Virus genome (UHGV): UHGV-1332848
Length of the DNA: 64,000 nucleotides
Reading direction: 5' to 3' (one strand)
DNA from: a virus
Below, in pieces: positions 1 through 8,791 of this stretch (the stretch's first letter is position 1; each line of letters starts with the position of its first letter). The notes beneath the pieces are model-generated. The model ran no database searches and was not told the origin of the DNA. It saw only the letters and a list, made by a program, of their open reading frames with translations. A program made the position numbers and the translations under genes.

Positions 1-515
1 TTAGTTTTTTGAGTAACTAAATCCTTCATATTTATTACAGATTGATTGATATTATTTAAATCACCTCGATAAGAATTTAGTAAATTATTTAACTCTCTTA
101 ACGTTTCAATATCTTCTCTGGATTCAACAATTATGCCGGTAGCCATTGATTTAACAACATTAACCACGAATCTTTGGAGATTAATAGATTCATCTCCATC
201 CTCAATTAATAAACAACATATATTTCTACCTTCAACATTGAATATATCAACTCTGGGGTAAAGTTTTACTATACCATTTGGGGCATCAACTATATTTATT
301 TTTTCTATTTGTTCAAAATATTCACCATTAGATTTTACTCCTACAAACCTGCATGTAGCTCCAGTTATATCTTTAGGCAGATTGTTTTCTTCTATATTTA
401 TAGTTATCTCAATGCTGTCGCCTACAACTGCAACAAAATCTTTTATACTTAATATGTTTTGTTTGATTGTATCTAATTTTATATTTAACTTTTTTGCTAT
501 TATATTTTCAGGCAA
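1..515 (-). CDS. hypothetical protein, 3' end beyond window start; TTG start at 515
   Basis: Stop-free minus-strand frame of about 171 codons in AT-rich DNA. RBS GGTGGTGA lies 7 nt upstream of the TTG. It is preceded by a copy of the recurrent TTAATTAA motif at 533-549, the same motif+RBS layout seen at 49296. It is absent from the ORF track because it runs off the window. Confidence 0.35.
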   Translation of the reverse strand, partial: MPENIIAKKLNIKLDTIKQNILSIKDFVAVVGDSIEITINIEENNLPKDITGATCRFVGVKSNGEYFEQIEKINIVDAPNGIVKLYPRVDIFNVEGRNICCLLIEDGDESINLQRFVVNVVKSMATGIIVESREDIETLRELNNLLNSYRGDLNNINQSVINMKDLVTQKT

Positions 516-546
516 TGTTAAATCACCACCTTTCTTTTAATTAATT

Positions 547-1413
547 TTACCTATTTATAGTTGCATTTTTTCTTATATATGCTCTAGTTCCATCTATATC
601 TAAAGCATAATATCCGCTCATTTCAAATCTTGCAGTTATTAATTCATCTTTATAGAAAGGTTTAATTTCTTTTTCCCAAACCCTACAAGGATAGTCTATT
701 ACTTGAAGTCTAAACCTTCTATATCTTTCATCAGTTCGTCCTAATAACTCTACATTAGCCTTTTCTACCCAACAGCGTTTCCCATCAAACTCTATAGCAT
801 ATGCCCATTGATTTTCTGCATCAGAAGTTAATAAATCGCCCTTATTGAATATCTTAACTTCTCCATCATATGACATTGCATCTGAACTCATTTTCAAAGG
901 TAGCGGGAAACTAGATTTAACATCTGTATCAAGTTTATTTAACTCAGCTTGAATCATATTTAAGAATCTTTGCCACCCCATATCCAAAGTTCTGTGAGGA
1001 CAGTACTTTCCACTAAAATCTTGATGTTTCTTTACTTTATCTATTCCCCAACCTCTTTCCTTTAGTATTTCAGCAACCAATTCAGCACAATTCCTTTCAG
1101 CTTTATCAAACCTTTCTCCGCCTGATCTTGAATAACAAATTTCTATACCTATGTATTTTCTATTACCTCTTCCACTTCCACCATCGCCAGTATGCCAAGC
1201 ATTTCTATTAAGTGGCAACCCTTGAATAGCACACACATCATCTACTGCAATATGAAAGCTTACTTCGTTATTATTGCTTTGCATATAAGCTATTTCATTT
1301 TCAGCACTTGCATCATTGGCTGTGTTATGAATTGCTATACCTTCAGCTTCCATTGGATAAGGGCACTTTATGTCGTACCTATTTGATGATATAAGTTTTT
1401 GTATTATTTTCAT
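547..1413 (-). CDS. endolysin, N-acetylmuramoyl-L-alanine amidase (amidase_2/PGRP-type catalytic domain plus C-terminal binding domain)
   Basis: N-terminal block AIHNTANDASAENEIAYMQ...FHIAVDD...HTGDGGSG...GIEICY matches the zinc amidase_2 signature of Clostridium phage lysins. It is the last gene of the late operon. RBS AAAGGAGAGAG. Confidence 0.85.
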   Translation of the reverse strand: MKIIQKLISSNRYDIKCPYPMEAEGIAIHNTANDASAENEIAYMQSNNNEVSFHIAVDDVCAIQGLPLNRNAWHTGDGGSGRGNRKYIGIEICYSRSGGERFDKAERNCAELVAEILKERGWGIDKVKKHQDFSGKYCPHRTLDMGWQRFLNMIQAELNKLDTDVKSSFPLPLKMSSDAMSYDGEVKIFNKGDLLTSDAENQWAYAIEFDGKRCWVEKANVELLGRTDERYRRFRLQVIDYPCRVWEKEIKPFYKDELITARFEMSGYYALDIDGTRAYIRKNATINR

Positions 1414-1594
1414 AAAACTCTCTCCTTTTTATATAATTTTTCTATATTCAAACATAATATTAATATCCAAAAAAGTATTTCCAAATACAATTTATTAGTT
1501 ACTTTTTTATATAAATATGGATATGATTCACACAATTTATTCTGCCAGAATTATCATTTTAATATATAATAGTTATGGGAAATAAACCATAAAT

Positions 1595-2407
1595 CTAATA
1601 GCCATACTTGTTCCACCTCCCAATAGCCCTTATATGTATATCAAAAGAAAGTGGAGTTGTTGTAGCTGTGCCTCTAAAAAATATTATCTTCCCGGGTGAC
1701 GTTTTAGTTGGTAAAGATTTTAGACTAGACATAAAAGACCAATCTTCGGTGTTAAAAACACTTACCTGTACTGTAGGCGGTTCTGTGAATTCTACGGGGT
1801 AATTTGATAGATTATATGTTTCACTTCCAAATATTTGCCCCCATGCCCCCTTTATTTCAACATTATTCAACCTTTGTGTCATATTTATTTCCATAAGACC
1901 ATTGTCGTATCTTATAATACTACTGTTTGAATATATGTCTGAGTTACTATATTTTGAATCCACAGTAATTACTACGTTTCTGAGCTTATACTCTCCTATC
2001 TCGCCTTGTGACAATCCAATAACACAAGAAGTATATTTGGAATTATTTTTAGATATAAAATTAAATGTTATAGTTTCCCAAACACCTGAACTGTTTATAG
2101 ATTCTAAACCACTCGTGTCAAAATTAGTACCCACATAACTTTGGTTAGAATAGTCTATTGAAAAATGAGGTTTGATTCCACTTACACACATTATCTCTGC
2201 TTGTACCTTTATCTTATCACCAATGCCAATTTCTCCAAGGGCAATTCGAAAATAACCTCTATTGCAATTTGCGTGAACGTACTTACCATTATCATTCCAT
2301 ATGTATTGATTAACATTTGGTGCAACGCCCTCTGTATATGTTAAATCTCTAGTTATACAGTTTTGAAATTCTTCTTTTTTTACTAAACTAAAAACCCTAA
2401 TATTCAT
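1595..2407 (-). CDS. hypothetical tail fibre/receptor-binding associated protein
   Basis: Beta-rich, Asn/Ser-rich 270-aa protein immediately downstream of the tail-tip genes. No recognisable catalytic motif. Confidence 0.3.
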   Translation of the reverse strand: MNIRVFSLVKKEEFQNCITRDLTYTEGVAPNVNQYIWNDNGKYVHANCNRGYFRIALGEIGIGDKIKVQAEIMCVSGIKPHFSIDYSNQSYVGTNFDTSGLESINSSGVWETITFNFISKNNSKYTSCVIGLSQGEIGEYKLRNVVITVDSKYSNSDIYSNSSIIRYDNGLMEINMTQRLNNVEIKGAWGQIFGSETYNLSNYPVEFTEPPTVQVSVFNTEDWSFMSSLKSLPTKTSPGKIIFFRGTATTTPLSFDIHIRAIGRWNKYGY

Positions 2408-4360
2408 TTAAAAATCACCACCTTCTATTAAAAAATCAGTTGTCATTAAATCAACACCCAAATCCATTTGATCTCTAAATTGCATTATTGATGTGGCACT
2501 GTAAGATATTATTGCAACATTATTATTGTGGGCATACTTAATTAAATCTTCAGTTACATAATTGGTTGGAGTTGATATGAATGAGTTTCCTAAAACTATA
2601 CAATTATCAATATTTGAGTTGCTAATGTTTGCATTATAACCCAACATTATGTTTTTATCTTTATTTCTTATCTCACTCAATAATGTGTAGTTAAAGGATA
2701 AAAATACTACTTTATCTCTAACTTTATATTTGTCTATAATAGCGAAAAGTTTATCGTAATTATATATAGTCCCTTTTAGTTCTAAAAATAAATATTTATT
2801 ATATCTTTGAAGTATTTTTAATAAATCTTCTATTTTGGGTATTCTTAAATCAGTATAATAGGAAGGATTGCCATCGCCCCCATCTATTTTTAGGCTACTT
2901 ATATAATCATAATTTAAATTCTCAACTCTACCAGTTCCATTAGTTGTTCTATCTAACGTATCGTCATGTATTATTACAAATTCGCCATCTCTCGTTTGAT
3001 ATATATCAACTTCAACCCCGAACATCCCAATTTCAAAAGCCTTCTCTACTGCAAATGCTGTATTTTCTGGATATATATGACCTAATCCCCTATGTCCTAT
3101 TAATTTAGATTTGGAATTTTTTATAATATTAAAAAAATCTTTTTTATTTTTTTCATTTATTATATTACCAATCTCAATAGTATTTTCATTGATTCTCTTA
3201 TCAATATCATCAATCTTTTTAGTTAATTTTGTAGTTCCATCCTGCATAAATACTGCATCTGAATCAGTAACTGGATTTTCTAACAAACCATTCCCATCTT
3301 TTAATCTAACTTTTTTTGTATCAACGCCTATACTATCACTAGCAAATTCTTCAACATTAGTTCCAAATAAAGCATTACCTTGATAATAACTAGCCGAAAG
3401 TACCACTTTTATATTTGGGTGTTCAGCACTATTCCTTATTAAAATATTGTTTTTATCAATTATCTTACAATCTGGGAACAACAATTCATCCAAAACACTA
3501 TCATACATAACTACATGTAGTTCTTTACTATTCATATTATGTGTCCAAGTATATTCATTATTTACAAATTGAGATGCTCCAATAATTAAACTTTTATTTC
3601 CTGTTGCATTAATTTTATCTACAGAATCTTTTCCACTCGCAATTGTTTGTTGTAATACCAAGTTTGTCTGTGTTGCCGATTGATTTGTATTTGATAAGGT
3701 TGTGTTTGTATCCGTAGCACTGTCTATAGATTGGTCTAAATCTTTTTTCTTTTGTGTAGCGGTATTGTTTGCATCAACTAGACTAGGTAACAAAGTATTG
3801 CCTTCTTGTATATTTTCTTTCAAATTTGTATTTAATGGTGTTCCTACCCTTATGTCTTCAAGCAAATTTTCATGTAATATAGTACCAGTTTCTATATCTT
3901 TCTCTAATCTTTTTAATATAGTTACAGAATCTCCAAAGAGTTCCAAAGCTCTTAATCCCTCGTATCCTTTATCTATCAACTCTTGAAGTATTCTAACCAC
4001 GTTATCTTTATTTTTATAGAATATTCTATTGGTTGAAAGTAAAGTTACTCCTAATGAGTTGTATCTAAATTCCAGCGTTCTTCCCTTTAAATTAGGATGA
4101 AAATAAATTAGCCCATCTTTTGTTATATAATAATTATTTTCACTCTTATATACATCATCCAAGTTGTCGACTTCCATCATATTATCTCCATCAACTATTG
4201 TCACCCCTTGATATGTTTCTGGTGTACCAGTTAATTGTACGAGGTTTTTATCAGATGAAACTTGTTGTTGTTCCACCATTAATTTAGCATAAGGTCTATC
4301 GTTTTCATCTAAGAACCATCTGCTTATAATGGAGTTTTCATATCTATCCTCTATACTCAC
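2408..4360 (-). CDS. tail protein with glycerophosphodiester phosphodiesterase (GDPD) domain
   Basis: C-terminal HRGLGHIYPENTAFAVEKAFEIGMFGVEVDIYQTRDGEFVIIHDDTLDRTTNG is a canonical GDPD active-site region. The N-terminal part is tail-fibre like. Confidence 0.7.
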   Translation of the reverse strand: MSIEDRYENSIISRWFLDENDRPYAKLMVEQQQVSSDKNLVQLTGTPETYQGVTIVDGDNMMEVDNLDDVYKSENNYYITKDGLIYFHPNLKGRTLEFRYNSLGVTLLSTNRIFYKNKDNVVRILQELIDKGYEGLRALELFGDSVTILKRLEKDIETGTILHENLLEDIRVGTPLNTNLKENIQEGNTLLPSLVDANNTATQKKKDLDQSIDSATDTNTTLSNTNQSATQTNLVLQQTIASGKDSVDKINATGNKSLIIGASQFVNNEYTWTHNMNSKELHVVMYDSVLDELLFPDCKIIDKNNILIRNSAEHPNIKVVLSASYYQGNALFGTNVEEFASDSIGVDTKKVRLKDGNGLLENPVTDSDAVFMQDGTTKLTKKIDDIDKRINENTIEIGNIINEKNKKDFFNIIKNSKSKLIGHRGLGHIYPENTAFAVEKAFEIGMFGVEVDIYQTRDGEFVIIHDDTLDRTTNGTGRVENLNYDYISSLKIDGGDGNPSYYTDLRIPKIEDLLKILQRYNKYLFLELKGTIYNYDKLFAIIDKYKVRDKVVFLSFNYTLLSEIRNKDKNIMLGYNANISNSNIDNCIVLGNSFISTPTNYVTEDLIKYAHNNNVAIISYSATSIMQFRDQMDLGVDLMTTDFLIEGGDF

Positions 4361-4459
4361 TTATCTCATCACTCCTAACACTTCTATATTTTTACATAAA
4401 TAAAACAGCCATAATATTTTACAAATCCTTTACGATTCGCTTAATAAAATGACTGTTTT

Positions 4460-4693
4460 TTATCGTTCATTCTTTTCTAATTCTTCAATTATTTCTTGGA
4501 ATGTGTTTATTTCGGTTTCTAAATTCTTATTTAGGTTTTTTAAATTTTGATTCATTTCTCCTACTTCTTTTAAATCCTTTTTCATATCATTTATCTTTAT
4601 CTCTCTATTTATCAAATAAACACCAGCTATTAAAATGCAAACTACTATTAAAAAATTTCTTATAGTATCTATTTTGTTAATACTTTTTTTCAT
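4460..4693 (-). CDS. small membrane protein (one TM plus coiled coil); possible holin-like
   Basis: Hydrophobic segment NFLIVVCILIAGVYLI followed by a charged coiled coil. It lies inside the tail module, not adjacent to the endolysin. Confidence 0.3.
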   Translation of the reverse strand: MKKSINKIDTIRNFLIVVCILIAGVYLINREIKINDMKKDLKEVGEMNQNLKNLNKNLETEINTFQEIIEELEKNER

Positions 4694-4763
4694 AATACTC
4701 TCCTCATATAACCTTTATACTATTATAGTATGTCTTTTGGCTATTTATGTCAACTATTACTGA

Positions 4764-7700
4764 TTAAAAACCAACAAACATCTTTGAAAATACTGTTAAT
4801 TGTAATCTTCCTAATGTAGAGCTTGTTATTTTAATTTTATTAGCTTTTCCTATTGTTAAATAATTCTTTATATCAATAGTTATATCAGAATTTATTCCAC
4901 TTCTAACCAATACATCATTTACATAAAGAGAACAATTTGAAGGTTTCGAACCCAGATATATACCCTGAACCAAAGTGTGATTATGTGTTGTGTCTATTGT
5001 TAATGAGTGCCTGTGATCTGGGATAACCACACTATGTTCATGTAGTGGGATTTCTATTTGGATGTCATGCCAGTGCTTTAGAGTTTCCCTAAATATGTAA
5101 TGATAATGCCTTCCATAATAGTCTAAATTCTCGCTTGGAGAATCTATTGCATATGGAGTAGTTGTTGCAATATCTCTATCTGAATTATATTGCAGGTTTT
5201 GCGTTGATCTAGTATCATAGTAATACCCCCCCGCACCACTTGTACCAGTATAACCACCTCCACTGGATGACGTTTGGCTGACAGAAGCCCCCCCGGAATT
5301 TAATGATTTCACTGTCGCTCTAAATTCTTTAAAAGCTAAAGATATTGTTGTTTTTCTAATTTCGTAAACTCCCTCATCCACTATATGCTCAAATTCTAAA
5401 GGATTACTTGAATCCAAATCATTTGAATATATATATTGGTTTGTTTGTATTATACCATTTTCATCCAAAACTACTGAACGTCCAGTCTTATCATATAAAG
5501 TTAACCCAGCTTTTCTATTGCCATTACCATCATCAAATAATCCTAATTTAACTCTAACTCTTTTAAATTCATCATATATAGTTAATCCATCACCAGTTAT
5601 CTCAAAAGCGCCCGTATCAGATGTAGCTATTAGTTTTTCCCCAAATATTATTTCGCCCCATAAATTTTCAGCGAAAATACCATCTGGACTAATAGCAGTC
5701 TTACTGCTTGCAAATCCATCTGTTGATATACATATAAGTCCACTTCCAATATATAAGCATTTATTCATATCACTTTGGTCATATAAATAAATTCCAGCTT
5801 CACTAATGTCTATAAAATTACTAATTCCGCGACCCCTGGCAATATATGCAGATAAATCCAAGCCATTCTTCAATACCTCACCAACAAAGTTATTACTTAA
5901 CATAGCATCATCTATTATTGGTCTTAAACTATTTAATAAATTATTTGATGAATTAGCTTTTTTCCCTAAATCTGCTAAACTTTTCGCAACATTATATCTA
6001 TGTGTTTTATTAGTAAAAATTAGATTGCTTATTGTATTTGTCTTAGGCTCATATTCATAACCAATAAACCTAACTATATCCTCACCTAACTCTTCCTTTA
6101 ATTCAGGTTCATCAAACTTAAATAGACTACCTAACTCCAATATGTAATTCCAGCCACGTTTATTTTGAATTACTTTACATAAATTAACACAATTAATATC
6201 AAAATCAAGTTGAGGTTTAATCATTTCCTCCAAAACCTTTTTAGAAGCATTTAATAATGAAAAACTATTACTATAATAATCATCTTCATATACCCCAAAT
6301 TGTTCTATATCATTTAATTCATCTAAATCATTATCAGTAAATATTTTACCCTGATTATCCACAACAACTTTTCTATCAATAGATGAGCTTATAGCCATTA
6401 ACTCATTATTTAAGTTTTCTATATTATGAGTATAGCTTAATCTTAAAGCTAAACATTGGTTCAATCTCGATTCTAGTCCATCAATTTCGCCCTTTATTCG
6501 AGCTTGGTTAGTTGTATCATTTTTAGACATATAATCTGCCAATATACTCTTTAAATCTTTTACCCTTAATTGTAGAGATTGCACTTCACTATCAATCCTT
6601 ACTTGCTTTTGTTTCTCTGTTATTACATTATTTTTTATTCCCAACCATTCCTGTTGTTTAGTGGTTAGTAGCGTTTCATATCTTTTTAAAGCTAACTGTA
6701 GTTCATCTGACATATTTCCAAGCCTTATATATTCACTATAATTTCTGACTATATCATCCCCATAAATATTTTCAGAAACAATGCTTAAACCATTTTTCCC
6801 CATAACTTTTAATCCAGTTACATAGTCACTATTTTCAGTAACATTAATATCTATAATTGCATTATCATAAGTTAATATATACGGCTTCTCTTCTCCTAGG
6901 TTATCTCTATGTACTACGCTTACTGTTTTATTATAACTATCAAATAAAAATACACTTTTAAAATTATCTTGTAAACTTCTTAACGCTTCATACCAATCCA
7001 TATCAAGATTTTCTATATTTATATATTTTACATTCTCAGTTTCTATAATATTACCCGTTTCCCAAGTCAGTCTTATGTTTTCACAACTAAAAGTTTTATT
7101 AATAATATTTGTAAAAACCGCTATTCTTTCAACTCTAGTATTATCTGTTAAGGTGAATACATATTTAATGCCATATCTATTACCTACATCACTATGATGA
7201 TAAGCTTGTACCTTCTTTATGTTAGTATATAATGCATCAGTTAAAGTATTATAAATAGTAGGAGTATCAATTAACAATTTACCATTATCATATGTCTTAA
7301 AATTACTATACTCAAAAGATATATATAAAGGTCTATTTTCATCTATTGTAGTCGTTATATCTTTCTCAAATAACAATTCACCTTCCGTAACATTAGTTGG
7401 CTTGTTATAATTCTTAAACAAATCTACATTAATCTTTTCAGTAGTAGACATTAGTTCGGTTCTTGATTTTGGATCTACATAATCTACGCCCCAACCAGTT
7501 TCTCTTGCAAATTTATCTAACACTCCCTCAGCTATATGCACATCGTCTTTTTTTAACTGGATAACCTTGCCTTCAAAGCTAGTCCTTTTTTTCTTTAATG
7601 TATATTCAAACGACATAGCCTTAAAGGTTTTAGAGCCATTGTTCTTACTTATACTTTTACTCGGTTGTATTAATACAAATCTTTCTTTCTTTTCAATACC

Positions 7701-7958
7701 ATCCACAACAGTAGTAACTATAACATGTTGCATAGGCTTTATTTTCATGTACAATGGCGTTATCTTTTTCTTATCCTTGACTTGAATATACTTAGGAATA
7801 TTTATTTCAAACTCAGTAATAGATTCTAATTGTCTTTTTACATTTCCTATATAATCATTTGGTATATCATCTATTTTTTCATGTCTATTCCTATATAGCT
7901 CGGCTCTAAAGTCTTCGCCTGTATTCTTTATATTAATCTGCCTAAATATTTCTCTCAC
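4764..7958 (-). CDS. tail-associated lysin / tail tip protein (Tal-like, prophage tail endopeptidase family)
   Basis: 1064 aa, immediately after the Dit-like gene. Gly-rich collagen-like stretch SSSGGGYTGTSGAGGYYY and a His-rich C-terminal module HYHY..HWH..HEH..HRH..HNH. Confidence 0.55.
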   Translation of the reverse strand: MREIFRQINIKNTGEDFRAELYRNRHEKIDDIPNDYIGNVKRQLESITEFEINIPKYIQVKDKKKITPLYMKIKPMQHVIVTTVVDGIEKKERFVLIQPSKSISKNNGSKTFKAMSFEYTLKKKRTSFEGKVIQLKKDDVHIAEGVLDKFARETGWGVDYVDPKSRTELMSTTEKINVDLFKNYNKPTNVTEGELLFEKDITTTIDENRPLYISFEYSNFKTYDNGKLLIDTPTIYNTLTDALYTNIKKVQAYHHSDVGNRYGIKYVFTLTDNTRVERIAVFTNIINKTFSCENIRLTWETGNIIETENVKYINIENLDMDWYEALRSLQDNFKSVFLFDSYNKTVSVVHRDNLGEEKPYILTYDNAIIDINVTENSDYVTGLKVMGKNGLSIVSENIYGDDIVRNYSEYIRLGNMSDELQLALKRYETLLTTKQQEWLGIKNNVITEKQKQVRIDSEVQSLQLRVKDLKSILADYMSKNDTTNQARIKGEIDGLESRLNQCLALRLSYTHNIENLNNELMAISSSIDRKVVVDNQGKIFTDNDLDELNDIEQFGVYEDDYYSNSFSLLNASKKVLEEMIKPQLDFDINCVNLCKVIQNKRGWNYILELGSLFKFDEPELKEELGEDIVRFIGYEYEPKTNTISNLIFTNKTHRYNVAKSLADLGKKANSSNNLLNSLRPIIDDAMLSNNFVGEVLKNGLDLSAYIARGRGISNFIDISEAGIYLYDQSDMNKCLYIGSGLICISTDGFASSKTAISPDGIFAENLWGEIIFGEKLIATSDTGAFEITGDGLTIYDEFKRVRVKLGLFDDGNGNRKAGLTLYDKTGRSVVLDENGIIQTNQYIYSNDLDSSNPLEFEHIVDEGVYEIRKTTISLAFKEFRATVKSLNSGGASVSQTSSSGGGYTGTSGAGGYYYDTRSTQNLQYNSDRDIATTTPYAIDSPSENLDYYGRHYHYIFRETLKHWHDIQIEIPLHEHSVVIPDHRHSLTIDTTHNHTLVQGIYLGSKPSNCSLYVNDVLVRSGINSDITIDIKNYLTIGKANKIKITSSTLGRLQLTVFSKMFVGF

Positions 7959-8759
7959 CTACCTTAATGCCACTGGCAATTGATACTCTACTTTCAATCT
8001 ACAATCACCTATTATTTTAATTCTATTAACTCCATAATCAATATAAGGGAAACTATTGTATTCTAAACTCTTAAACATATTTTTAGTTGGCATAGTCAAT
8101 GACTCTACTTCAAGAACACCATCGCCAAGAATTCTCACCACCTCACCAACTTCCATATCTTTGACCTTAAATTTCCTTCCATTTTTAAGATTTAAAATTT
8201 CTACACTCCCTACATTTTTATGCTTTTCTATATGAATATCCAAATAAACTTTGTCATTTAGATTAGATTTATTTTCTAATTCAATTATTTTTTCACCGAC
8301 TACTTTTATATTGGAAGTCATAATTGGTGTATAAGCATAAGGGCATATACTCTCAAATTCTAATTTAATTATTCCTTGTCTATGAGGATTATGGAATTCA
8401 GTTGCAGATACAAATTTACCATAATGAATTAACCCATCAACCTCTAGTTTGCCAACACCTTTAATCATTAGCCAACCAATTATTCTATCATATTCTTTTT
8501 TACTCATTGGCAACACATCATTCCAACTATTTAGCCTCATTATCTCAACTGGGAAACTATAAGTATTATTCTTTTCATCTATGTATAGTTTTTTATCACC
8601 TATTCCATCTTGAGTTTGTACTGTTTTATTAACACCAAAAATTCTTTCAGTGTTATTACTATCTGTTGTAACTATTGATATTCCAAACATATCTGAACTA
8701 ACGCCATTAAACCTAAAGTAAGAACTATCTATAAATTGTGCCATTATTATCACCTCCAC
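7959..8759 (-). CDS. distal tail protein (Dit-like)
   Basis: 266 aa directly downstream of the tape measure gene. Conserved siphovirus gene order TMP-Dit-Tal. Confidence 0.5.
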   Translation of the reverse strand: MEVIIMAQFIDSSYFRFNGVSSDMFGISIVTTDSNNTERIFGVNKTVQTQDGIGDKKLYIDEKNNTYSFPVEIMRLNSWNDVLPMSKKEYDRIIGWLMIKGVGKLEVDGLIHYGKFVSATEFHNPHRQGIIKLEFESICPYAYTPIMTSNIKVVGEKIIELENKSNLNDKVYLDIHIEKHKNVGSVEILNLKNGRKFKVKDMEVGEVVRILGDGVLEVESLTMPTKNMFKSLEYNSFPYIDYGVNRIKIIGDCRLKVEYQLPVALR

Positions 8760-8791
8760 ATATAAAATAAGGAGGGTATAAACCCCTCCAA

